A stretch of DNA of 63,651 nucleotides, filler included, from Sphacelaria rigidula (Eukaryota), in NCBI GenBank assembly GCA_964200075.2. It is 7 parts of 7 records of this genome, joined end to end, with 100 filler letters (N's around TTAATTAATTAA, not from the genome) between each part and the next. Parts side by side here need not be neighbours in the genome. Positions count along the whole stretch, not along the records: positions 45,539 to 54,545 come from CAXNAA020009534.1; positions 54,646 to 63,651 come from CAXNAA020009535.1; 5 more parts are not named here. One strand, written 5' to 3'. Below, piece after piece: positions 52,135 through 63,651 of the stretch; position 1 is the first letter of the stretch; every line of letters begins with the position of its first letter. The position numbers and the translations under genes are program-made. The notes below the pieces were generated by a model. That model was given only the letters and a program-made list of their open reading frames with translations. It made no database searches and had not been told where the DNA came from.

Positions 52135-53549
52135 GTGGGGCGCTGCGGCTGTACTGACTGTATTGTGTGCTGGGGATGAAGAATATCGTGTGCAGGCAGG
52201 CATACACTATGCTTCATGTTGTCTGATACGCCCATCTTGTTGGTGGGAACCGTGGATTCTGTATCATCTGACAGCGTCCATACGGCGGGCACCCAAGGGT
52301 CGTGCGCAGAATAACCTACTGTGTCATGGGCGTCTTGATGGGCTCGCAGTATAACATCACGACATAACCTGTAGAGGCAGACACATGTGGTGACATTATT
52401 GCGCTGTTCTCGCACGATACTGGCCGCGCTAGATTTTCGGTTTTCCGCGCGAGTGTGGACTTACCTGTGCTCTCGGGATGCACACAAGGATAATCTTGGT
52501 AACGGCGGTTCAGGAGTACTGATATCCTGTCTGTGTCACATGAGCAACACAAAATACGTGAGTTTCGGCCTCTCACACATTTGGTCTAGTCGGGCCAAAC
52601 ATCCATTCTTCGTGCCCATTCTTCGTGCCTGAACAGCTTGCTTGCACATACACAGATTGGCAAATAAGTACGTTTGGCGTCGCAAACTGTGTCGCGCACA
52701 TGTAGTTGGGCGTTCTGCGCCATATCGCAACATATTTAGCACGACAACCCATGGCCCATAAAGCGGTAGACTTGCACACGTTCGGTCTTTAAAAATAGTC
52801 GGGGCGGCAAGAGTTTCATTTAATCAAAAGTGTTATATCTTGAAGTTCAATTGAAGCTGCAGCTTGGACGGTACGGTACGATACGAACGGGCACGAAGGT
52901 GCTGGTGTGGTATTGTTCGTAGAGTGCGTGTTACGTGTGTTGTCGTCCCATTTATTCTGGACACCAGTCTACATCCTTCGGTACATGTGGGCGCTGTACA
53001 TGCTATCCACCAGCACCCCACTCTATCTTGATTTGAGTATCGATCCTTATTTTCTAGGATGTCAGGCACTCATGGAGTGAAGAATTTAGTCGTTTACCCT
53101 GTCCACCATTTCAGGAAAGGGGGCAGACAACCTCCAAACATGGGTGCTCCTGGGGTTCCGGTTTCTGGCTACACGTTGCTTTTGACTTGTCGACTGTTTG
53201 AGAAATGCAGTCGAAAAAACCCTCTCGTGGTGGGCAGCTTGATACACTGGCTGCGACGCTTTGAGGATATTTGCAGCTCGGGCATTCGTACATTATGCTG
53301 ATCGTCATGATCCGAAGAAAGACGGGGAAAACCTGGGACACCGACGTTTTCTAGTGTGATTGATTGATCGACTATCTCACATTAGTTGATTGCAACAATC
53401 CAGCCCGTGGTCAGGAGCAGCAAAAAAATATAATAAGAAAGGAGCAGAAAAAGACAGAAGCAACATCCACAGGAAGGAAAGAAGAAATGAAGCAGCGACA
53501 ACAACAACAGCAATAACAACACAGACACAGACACAAACACACCAAGGGT

Positions 53550-54545
53550 AGGTCGAGTAGAGTATACTCAATACTCAGTATTTTTTAAGAGTCATACAAT
53601 TAGTACTCAAAATTTGAGAAGAGTATTGAGGTCATACTCAAGTGATACTCTATACTCAAGTATTATTGAGAGTGCTTCCTCAATATTTGAGTAGAGTATT
53701 GGAGGCCGTACTCGGTCTACTCAAAATTTGAGTAGAGTATTGGAGGCCGTACTCGGTCTATCCAAAATTTGAGTAGAGTATTGGAGGCCGTACTCGGTCT
53801 CTTCATAATTCGGGTAGAGTATCGGAGGCCGTAGACGACCTACTCAAAATTTGAGTGGATTATCTGAGGCCGGATCCGATGTGCCGAAAGCCTATAACTT
53901 CAACTTTGATGTTCAAGTTCGTACGCAAGATACTGAAACTGGGGTACAGGAAGTACCGAGGTATTCCTAGAGCTACCCACCCATGATGAGAGTTGATTCA
54001 AAGTCAAACTGTCTTGTCAAACCGTGACCAGTAGAGTCGCTCAATCTGATAATACCTACTCGACTACTCGATTACTCGATGATGATGAGTAGCGCTCTGT
54101 ACTGAAAGTGATATCGAAGCCGTGAGTGGGGGCTGGTGAGATGGGGCGCTGGAGCAAGTAGGTTCGTTCACCTGCACGCTTCTTGATTTCTTTATGGTCA
54201 TCATTCACTCGTACTCCTTGTTGGCTGTGATGTATTGCCGCCCATCTATTTTATGGCCATCGTTCGCCCATGCATTCAAGATAGTCTGTGAATTGACGTT
54301 ACGAAGTCGCCGACTGTCAGGGGTACTCTATACTCGCGTATTACTGAGAGTGCTTACTCAATATTTGAGTAGAGTACTTGAGGTCGTACTCAACCTACTC
54401 AAAATTTGAGTACTGTAGAGTATTTGAGGCCGAACTCGACCTACTCAAAATTTGAGTAGAGTATTGAGGTCATACTCAAGTGATACTCTATACTCAAGTA
54501 TTACTGAGAGTGCTTACTCAATATTTGAGTAGAGTGTTTGAAGCC
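53550..54545. repeat. 41-bp palindromic tandem repeat arrays (53555-53875 and 54320-54545)
   Basis: Unit ctcaaaatttgagtagagtattggaggccgtactcggtcta, ~4-5 tandem copies plus variants. Confidence 0.85.
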
Positions 54546-54645
54546 NNNNNNNNNNNNNNNNNNNNNNNNNNNNNNNNNNNNNNNNNNNNTTAATTAATTA
54601 ANNNNNNNNNNNNNNNNNNNNNNNNNNNNNNNNNNNNNNNNNNNN
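54546..54645. other. Artificial contig linker
   Basis: N44-TTAATTAATTAA-N44. Confidence 0.98.
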
Positions 54646-55956
54646 AAAATTGGGTTGCTTTATTCGGTCGAACCCCCACTTCCAGAGACAGCCACAGCTT
54701 TTACACTGCCTCATGGGTGTCGGGGGGGGGGGGGGGGGGGGGGGGTTACCAGGGGGCGATATACAACATACGCCACTACAGTACTGTAGATACCACGTTA
54801 TACCAAAAATAGACGAAACTCCATCAACCGGGGGGTAAAAACCTAGCACCACAGGGAACACGCATCAATAGGTGAAAAACAAATTGACAAGAAGGGTGAA
54901 GTCAGATTCTCCGATTTGCACGTGAGCAACAGTCTCTCAAAAAACCATAAAGTGAATACTTCGCTCGAGGACAGCAACAGGTTGCGTCATTTCCTGAAAT
55001 CACCACCACACCCTTGACGTTCGATTTGATTGACAAGTAGAGACTGACCAAGCCTTCCATTCAAGCAAGCGAGCTGCTCGATACCGTTAGACTTCAAAAT
55101 CCATGTCAACTCGCAAGCGATGAACACAGCCTTGGGAACCTGCACACTGCTTCGAGCGATGTACAAGAAAAGTCGGACGCAGGTGAGAGAAATCCTGCTG
55201 ACGTGATGACCAGCAAAAAAAAACAAGAAATGGCTCGAGTCGCGGCATCACCTGGACATCACCTCAACCCCCACGGAAAAAAAGGTTTAGGACAATATCA
55301 AGTCACTCAACGAGTACTCGAGGGCATCACGTTACTCCTGCAGGTGCAGCAGTTACCGTTATCCCGTTACTCCTCATCTTGAGCGCCGTAGTCACCAAGA
55401 CTATTTGCCTCGCATCCCTACAAAGCTGTGACGGAGCACGCTGGATTTTCGCCGAACAAGGCTCGCACTCAATCACCAGGCGCGAAGCACCGTATATGTA
55501 TTCGGCGTGTTGCATGAAGGGTGGGCAGCATCCTGGTAAGATTGTTCTGCCCGAAGCCTACTGATTATCTTGCATATGGATGACAGCCTCCGATGAGTTG
55601 CTTTATTTTCTGGCATCGCCACTTCCAGAGAGAGACCCATGGGTGTCCCACTTAACACCACGTAGTACGATCATACCCTTTGCGCGGAGTTCTGGTTCTC
55701 CAACCCGCACAGTAGTATTTACCTCGACCAATATCATGGTTACCGCAAGAAAAAAAAAGGCGAAAAAACCCGCGGTAACCTGGTTGCCTAGATCACGCAG
55801 TGAGTGGCGTGTTCTACAGCGCCCGTGCCAACCGACGCCAACTCTCCAAAATAGGGGGAGGGGGGAGGTCAGAGATATGTGAATTCAGAGAGGGAGAGAC
55901 AGGGATATTTATGTCTTGTTTCGAGACACTGCAGTTTTTTCCCACTGTTGACTCAC

Positions 55957-56051
55957 CCAGGCCTGCCGCAATGTCCCGCGTGTGGGTTGTCGAGATCTTC
56001 CAGATCAACGCCAGAGTCATATCGCTCCTTCTTTTGAGGGTCCGACAACAC
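55957..56051 (-). CDS. DNAJC7: DNAJC7-like exon (end of J-domain)
   Basis: VLSDPQKKERYDSGVDLEDLDNPHAGHCGRP; CAG acceptor, GTGAGT donor. Not in the ORF track. Confidence 0.88.
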
Positions 56052-56947
56052 CTGAAACCTCATTCCAAGTGCGACACACGGGACAAGAAAAAAAATGGAA
56101 AGCACATCCATTCATAGGTGTACGCGGCTGAGTGGAATGCGATGAACCGTGTCGCGCTGCTACAATTAATACCCCCATTCAGATATTTTCGTCCCACGCG
56201 AAGCTGTATTATTATTCAGAGGCCACTCTCGAAACCTCAGAGCCAAGCGAATTAGGAAAGTAGGTGCCTCTAGACGCCTCCCGGTGGGGTGGTGCTCCGC
56301 GTCCAAGGCATGTGATGGCGATATTGCATACGTCGGACGAGCGCGAGTGTGACTCGTGGCACTCGCACTCGTTGGGCTGCTCCTTGGCCGTAAAAATTAA
56401 TGGAGCGAGCACTCGAGTCATTGCTCGTTGTGGAAAAAAATTAATAGGGCAAGCACTCAAGTCATTGCTCGTTGTAAAACAAATCAACCCCTTTGGGACC
56501 GGGCCCCCAGAACGACCAATGAGGCTGGTTAGGAATTACGTGTCTGACGTCTGCACGAAACAGTGGCATGTCGCTGAAAATCCGCATATGTAACCGCAGG
56601 GTTATGAGGAAGACCGAAGGTTTCATCCAATCTGTTGTCAGGTGCAGGGTGCGCATTAGGTGATGCATATCTGATGTAGCAAGCAGTATGGGTCGCGGTA
56701 GAGAGCTTTCAACAGGGTGCGGCGACCGGCGGGCCGCCCGCCACTTGTGGCAATAATGTTCCCATCACCTTGCCACACAGCCCTTTGTGGTCGGGGTGGG
56801 TCGCCATTTCCCTCTTTGTTGCATGCGACATATTCTCGTCAAAGGATATTGGCGTTGCGGCGCGCATACATACAGTACAGTACACCTCTCCGACTGCAGC
56901 AGCAACAGCCGCTGCATACTCCCTTGCACGTTCTTGGCAGTTCTCAC

Positions 56948-57122
56948 GCCAACTCTTATATGGGAGCGTTTGAAATGTTACTTTGCAACAATTTCAGAGA
57001 TTTTTCCCTCTTTGTCATCATGGTGAACGGGCACAAAATACACAATTACGGCGAAGAAAAAAAAGAAGTCGTTTAAAATTATTGCAAAATAAAATTCTCA
57101 ACGCTCCCATAAGAGTTGGCCT
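56948..57122. mobile_element. ~175-bp MITE-like inverted repeat
   Basis: gccaactcttatatgggagcgtttgaaat... / ...attctcaacgctcccataagagttggc. Confidence 0.65.
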
Positions 57123-57980
57123 CAGCGACGGAGATCAGCTGCCTATGCACAGCTTGTTCATCCCCGCCCACTACATACATGGTCACAGTGTTCTGCAAGT
57201 TATCGGCAGAGGGATCAGCAGAATTCATGACGGTGGCTCCTCTTCTCTTTCCCTGGCCCACGTGGGTTTAGTGCCTCGTGAAAATGACCACATTGTGACA
57301 TGTACACTCATTCCCGCTTTTCCAACTCCACCCTGTGTTGGCGTAATTACTACGTTTTAGTATAGGCTGGCAACCCAAAAAAATCCTGGGAAACCCCGGG
57401 AACGGTTTACTGAATGCAAGTAAAACAATAAGGCATGCTCCGAGCACCCTGGCTATAAAAACCTGGGAAGGCTTCTCTGGGCCAGGGATAGGGCCCCCAC
57501 ACTATCTTTGCAGTGTAGTCACACTCGGCAACAGTCCCCGCGTTGGTTGTTCGGGTCTGGTCGATAGATTTCGCCTCGCCGTGATTGGGCAGGTCGCTCC
57601 CTGACTTATTTTTTACTATTTCACGAAGACATGGTCAACCTCTTACTTGTGGGGGATCGGTCCCATGCAAAAGAGTTAATAGGGGGAGCACCCGAGTCAT
57701 TGCTCGTTGTGGAGACAAACTAATAGGGTGAATACTCGAGTCATTGCTCGTTGCGGAGAAAGTTAGTAGGGCGAGCACTCGAATCATTGCTCGTGGTAAA
57801 AAAAAGTAATGACTCGAACACATGAGTCATGCTCGTTATGTTTTCAAAAAACATCTACGAGTGCGATATTGCCTGTTAGGCGGCCAAAACCCGTGCCAAA
57901 TGCCCCCGAAGTGGAAAATTCATCCTCAAAGATACCTACCATTAGAAACGGTCTAACTCGATGAATCGGCATGAACATTT

Positions 57981-58150
57981 CACACCCTGGACAGTATATG
58001 GTCAATAGATGCAATAGACGAGAAGCGTACTGCTCAAGGTATAGGCTTATTGCAACTATTGCCGTCCGACAAAAGTCGCAATAGGCCCATACTATATGCA
58101 GTACGTTTCTTGACTATTGCAACCTATGACCATATATTGTCCAAGGTGTG
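57981..58150. mobile_element. ~170-bp foldback MITE (TIR CACACCCTGGACA); copies at 61478-61649, ~61855-62021, 63376-63542 and partial at 40121-40240
   Basis: Whole element is self-complementary; TIR and the internal gtactg...tattgc...gcaatag...cagtac pattern are shared. Confidence 0.78.
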
Positions 58151-60474
58151 GAACATTTGGGCTCTTGTTGTGCGACAAAGTGGGCTTGAACGGTACAAAC
58201 CTTTGACTACTTCATTTTATTATAAAAACGACTTTCCGGGAACGTTTGATGTTGAAACGACCCCATTGCATCAGCTTTTTCAGTCATGTCCCGATATTTC
58301 GTACCAATTCCTTGGACTGGCTACCCCAGGACGAATAATGTGTTAACCTTCAGACATTTTGTACCGGCTTCCGAGGGTCCCCGCGTGAACACCCCCAGAA
58401 GCCGGTGAAGAGCGGAGAAACTTTGTAATACTTTCAACGATCCGTTTTTTTTCCTTTGGAGCATCAACGCCCACCGAGTTGTCAAATTCAAGGTCATCGG
58501 AGCTTTCTTACGACAGATATTAAGGGAAACCCTCGTGAGCCGTTCTGGGTCTTTGGTACGTACCATCACAGGGAATCCTGCGACGTCAGAACCCCGCATC
58601 CCCGAAATACCATGTTTTACGGTATTAATTCGAGCCCATGGCAAGTGTTTTCGGAGTTGATGGTAGATGTAACATTGTGAAACATGTTGAGATTAGGAAG
58701 AAATTGGCTCAAGGATTTGCACTCTCAATTTCAGAAAAAGTTCGACGCCGCTGATTTGTCGAGGAACCTTTTCGCCCTTACTTTTGCTCTTAGCGCCAGG
58801 GATACTCACGTTTTCCACGAGGGGCGGGTGACAGAGGAGTGGGCATCTGTTCCTGTTCCCAGAGAAGCCGAAAAGCTCACCAAATCGACCATGTGTGTTT
58901 GGAAGTTTCCCGCGGAAAATTGTGATCTAGACTCGAGGCCCGAGAGGAACTGAGTGACCATTTGAGAGCTGTGATTTGTCAGAGTGGTCACTTGTTCCCC
59001 TGTAGACGGACTATAGATGGACTACCTGGCGGGTCAGCCGTTTTCTCACCTTGGTCATGATAATTCAATCATATAGAACATGGGCATAAACGACGTGCTC
59101 TGTACTCTGGTCGTGGTCTTTGCCGTCTGCCTCATCCTTCGTGTGATGCCGGCATAGCTTCACACTCTCTGCAGTTTCGTTGTGAAACACTCAACAGAGA
59201 TATCAGCAGCGTGCAGTAGATTGTGTTCAGTGAAAAACGGTGGCACGCTGACCGCTTCTTGTTGTATCCAGCGAAGATATACAGCATATCAGATGTACTG
59301 ACTCTGCAAGCACTTGACTGCAGGGTAAAAGCCGATCAGGGGTTCTGCGGCACTATTTATTCCACGTTTATAAACCCAACATCCACATGCTCATGGAAAA
59401 CAGCGTTTTGTGAGGGGGAAAACAGTTGCTCTAAAGCCCCAAATGTGGCATGGTCTATCTGGTGAGGGTTCGCAGTCTAAGGATTAAAACAAAAATTCGG
59501 CCGAGTCACCCTTTTCAGTTGTTCATGGCGGTCAGTTTGATACCATGCTTGCGACATTTGGGTAGGTATCGCGGAAGGTATTTGCTCATCAGTGAATTTT
59601 GGGCTGAGAGTGTGAACCAACACGTTTCATGTCAGATGGTAGTTTTTTTCAAAGAAACTGAGTCAAGTCAAGCTAAGCATATCGTTGTAATCGACTACTT
59701 TACGCGGTCATGCCAAAGCCATCCAGCGGAGAAATCTGCTGGGTTGGTGTCGTGGAACTCGCGTCTCCATCTGTGTACTCTTCTGTCGTCGGATTCTTGT
59801 ATTGGCTTCCCCGAAAAATTTCCACAGAAATCATTCATCCCAATCTGTCGGGACTTTTTGAGTTTGTAAATCTCGATCCGAGAAAAATTGACACATGAGT
59901 TGCTCTGTGAGTTACTATTGATATAAAGTTACAGCCTAGACAATATAGGGAATATTTTGCATGTAAGGTTGCTTTTATGCGGAGCATTTTTTCGAACACC
60001 TCCTGGAAATATCGTGACGCACCGCTGAATTTTTCGAGCTGGGTCCCGAAATTTTGACATGTGATTTGCAATGGACTCGTTGACATATTTGTGAATGGTT
60101 CACCGTTTAATTCGTATTATTATGTCGATGAAACGCCACCGATCAACTTTTCGCAACGGAAGGTCAACGGAAGGAAATCAGAAAAAATCAATCGGTAGAC
60201 AAAAATAAAAAATCCAACTGTGAATGGGTCGGCGAGTCCCTTGCAAAAATCAAGTGTCAAAATTTTGGCCCCTCGACTCGAAATTTGAGCACGCCTTGAT
60301 CGCCAGCACAGCTAACACAGCTTGTAGTGCTCTTGCAGGCACAAAGGCGAACGCCTCGAAATGCTTCCATCGCCATTGATCTGAGTAAGACAGAGAAAAA
60401 GAAGGTCCCTACTCACGCGTGCTGCTTGCCGGCAGTACATGTAGAACACATGTTCTATATGGCACCCTACGTAC

Positions 60475-60630
60475 CTCGTACGCTTCACCAATGTCTCGGA
60501 AAGTTTTCCCCGCCTTCTCCTTCTCCGCCTCGCTTTTGCTGCTCTGGCGGTCGGGGTGGTACAAGAGGGCGGCCTTCCGGTAGGCCTTTTTGATTTCGGC
60601 TTCGTCCGCGCTACGGGATACGCCAAGCAA
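60475..60630 (-). CDS. DNAJC7: DNAJC7-like J-domain exon
   Basis: [28 protein letters not shown]...FRDIGEAYE with the HPD motif; donor GTACGT. Confidence 0.92.
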
Positions 60631-61039
60631 CTGTGCCCCCCCCACCCACCCCATCCCGGCCCAGCCAACAACATGAACAGGAAGAACAACAAACAGCAAT
60701 AGCAGCGGCAAGATCCAGGGTTGTCCAATCAATCACGTGTGAGCATTTACATTCAGAATTACGCTTCAATTCCAACAGCAGCAGCAGCAGTAGCAGCAGC
60801 GGCGGCGACAGCAGCAAACAGCAAGCAGTCACTTCCAGCAGGCAACAGATGCCAGGTTGTCGCACGAAATGCTTCGCGTATCAGTAAGATGTCAAACATA
60901 CGAAGGTCGAGCTACGATTTTACTCACCACCACATGGCGCAATCACCACAGAGACGGAAAATGTCGAGATTATCAACACACCATTTTATTCATGATATGT
61001 CGTATGAACTTTCGTGTGTGCGTGTATGTGTGTTTTACT

Positions 61040-61352
61040 CTCCAACTCCTCCCCTCCCTCGGGACGAGTCCGTCATCTCAAGGTATCAACCCATATCTCT
61101 CCCTGCACACACCGTACATATTCGTATCGCGGATTGGACCAGCACTCCTCCCGTACCGCATCGACCAGCTCAACCAATCACCCGATTAGACTGTTTTTGC
61201 CTACTCACGTCCTGACGATTTCAACGACGGAATAACGAAACTTTTCAGAAAAAAGTCTAACTGTGAAAAGGACGGATCTGGCGAGAATCCAACCTGTATT
61301 TTCCACCCGCCCTCATGGTGCCACGTCTACCATTACACCTTCGGGGAGCGGC
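61040..61352 (-). mobile_element. SINE family B copy; oppositely oriented copy at 62287-62566 (+)
   Basis: Homologous to 23856-24148, including the ccattacacc..gggg head. Confidence 0.68.
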
Positions 61353-61662
61353 AACAAGTGTGCCCAAAATGATTGATTCCACCCGTAGACATAATATAGT
61401 ACCGGTCCCCCCCCCACCCCCCACCCCCCACCCAAGCCCCCCGCCCACTCTACTCTTGGCGTTCTTGCGTTCATTTCCACACCCTACACAAAATACATGG
61501 TCAATAATTGCATCACACAAAAAATGTACTGCGTAAAGTATGGACCCATTACAACCAATGTCGGCCCGACAACAGTTGCAATGGGCCTATACTTTACGCA
61601 GTACATTTTTGGTCTGTTGCAACTTTTGACGACAAATTGTCCAGGGTGTCCGAATTTCCCAC

Positions 61663-61732
61663 CTTGTAGTAGTCTTTCCTTTTGGCCTGTTTCAAGGCCG
61701 CCTGTGTCCTCCGGAGCTTTTCCTGAATCTCC
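61663..61732 (-). CDS. DNAJC7: DNAJC7-like exon (TPR-to-J linker)
   Basis: EIQEKLRRTQAALKQAKRKDYYK, typical of DNAJC7 (LKxxKRKDYYK). Confidence 0.88.
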
Positions 61733-63008
61733 CTGACGGGGGGGGTGGCGCACACATGAAACACAGACACATACCGAGATATTGCATACACTCAACAAAA
61801 AAAAAAGTTTCATCAATCCTGTCGGGCGCGATGCGGCCTTTCGGAGCAACATTCTACGCTCCTGGACAATACGCGGGCCAATATTTGGCAACAGAAGAGA
61901 AGTGTACTACGTCAAGTTTGCCCTATTGCGCCTATTCGTTATAATAGGAGTAATAGCCGATACTCCACACAGTACGCAGTTTCTTTCAGCTGCAACTGTT
62001 GACCACCCGTTGTCCGAGTGCGCAATATTTCTGGCGGCGCTTCAGTGCCGATAACCCCGACGCTGTTTCATTGCACGCCTTCCTTCTGTTCACCAGCACT
62101 ACTCCCACTACTCCACGTGGGCCACAGAAAAATCGGAGCAAAATAATCCATTATAATCACTGCAAAAACAACCAATCAAAATCCTTGCCAGTTGAGGAAG
62201 TACATCAAGGACGCTCGACAAATTTTGGACATCACGAGTCAACACCCCGGGACTCTCACAAGAGATTTACAGGAAGCGAGCGCACTGCCGCGCCCCGGGG
62301 GTCCAACGGTCCGACTGTCACCATTAGGGTGGGTAGAACGCGGGCTACCTGTCAGATACTTCGGAAGTAACTGATCCCCACCGTCGATAGTGGATGTACG
62401 TACGTGAGTGGACAGTTGTGGACTGAGTTTGTCTGACGACACTTGACGCTGTGCGGGAGTGCCGCCAATTCGATCTGCGATACCAAAAATGCACTGCGTG
62501 TACCGCGGAGAATGGGTTGATCCCTCGAGGCCATGGACTCGTTCCGACGAGAAGGGGAAGGGTTTGGCGTGTGGCAAAGCTAGAAAGAAAAAAAAAAAAC
62601 TGAACCCCGAAAAAACACCACGGTCACGAAAGAGGTTCGCCCGCAAGACACACATGGCCTTTGGCCGACACGGACACCCTCGCAGGCCAAAGGTTCAACA
62701 CCTACAGTATGATAGCCTCTTTCGCGGATTATATATAGCGTAAAAGTGAGAGTATTGTGAATTCAGATCAACCCACGTTTTGCAGAGACCCTTTCGAGAT
62801 CAGCGCACGAGATTGGGAATGCGGCGCCGCTTGGCCCAGCGCTCCGACGTCGTGATGACGGAAATAGCCAATACCACACGGCATTTTTCTCTGGGCAGCG
62901 AGACGAAAAAGCAACAACAAAAATCCCTGCCGTATCGAAGAAAAGATCTATATCTACACACAGTATACATAAATATATGCCATCTGTAAATCATTCATTT
63001 ATTCTGAC

Positions 63009-63084
63009 CTTTTCCGGTCATCGGGCACCATTTCGGATAAGCGTTCGTAGTCTCGACTCGCTGCTTCCAGGTTTTCCACCCCAC
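63009..63084 (-). CDS. DNAJC7: DNAJC7/TPR2-like co-chaperone, last TPR-region exon
   Basis: GVENLEAASRDYERLSEMVPDDRK(R); CAG acceptor, GTCAGA donor; phase 2 joins the next exon. Confidence 0.75.
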
Positions 63085-63651
63085 CTGCGCACCAGTCGAA
63101 AACCAAAGGAGCGGTCTACATACGCATGTTCATGTATGGGGACGCAGCAAACCGTGTTGCTGTACGACACAGCCGGCGGTTGGTTGCGGTGGGTGGAGTA
63201 GCGCACTTTCAGGGTATGCTACATTTCCATCTAGTTGCAGTATCGAGTATTGCAGCCTTCGTGGGGCATCGACGCCGAATAAATAATACTGGAATATGTC
63301 AATTGAAGTATACCCGAAATACTGGGCCATCTTCATGGCCTACCCTAAACTTGTTTGGCCACCCATAAATCGTCACACATCCTGAACAAAATATGGTCAA
63401 CAGATGCAATAGGCAAATATGTACTGGATATGGTATGGACCTATTGCAACTATCGATGGCCGACAACAGTTGCAATACGTCTATACTTCACCCAGCACAC
63501 TCCGTCTATTGCATCTATTGACCATCTATTGTTCAGGGTGTGAATCGTTAGAACGGTACAGCAAAAAAAAAAAAAAAACGAAAAGAGAGGCACCGAACAC
63601 ACACAAAAACACCCAAAGAAAGAAAACGTTAAGACAAAGCCCCTACTTTTT

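Noticed and set aside
53679-53875. CRISPR-like palindromic repeats
   Set aside because: Units are contiguous tandem copies without unique spacers; no cas genes; eukaryotic context.

Overview
Eukaryotic, intron-rich and repeat-rich DNA, most consistent with a brown alga (Phaeophyceae). That assignment is inferred from the 5S rRNA fragment, the short exons in kb-scale GT-AG introns and the TTAGGG-type repeats; the species cannot be determined. The window is not a continuous locus. It is seven contigs of 9008, 9008, 9008, 9007, 9007, 9007 and 9006 bp joined by 100-bp artificial linkers (N44-TTAATTAATTAA-N44), i.e. size-sorted and probably unrelated. Phase-consistent spliced exons reconstruct four partial minus-strand genes: RCL1 (contig 1), a nucleoplasmin-like-domain protein (contig 5), a class IV-like/AcuC-type deacetylase with a long N-terminal presequence (contig 6) and a DNAJC7-like TPR/J-domain co-chaperone (contig 7). 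A few orphan exons are also present. The rest is mostly SINEs, MITEs, hAT- and piggyBac-type non-autonomous elements, microsatellites and foldbacks. The most notable observation is a non-LTR retrotransposon family (9 fragments in 4 of the 7 contigs) with almost no 3' UTR and no poly(A). It ends in a C-run, inserts into C/G tracts with 17-bp TSDs (twice into the same CCCTATCGYAGGAYGACTC motif), and is repeatedly found as a ~70-nt unit with the same 5' end.
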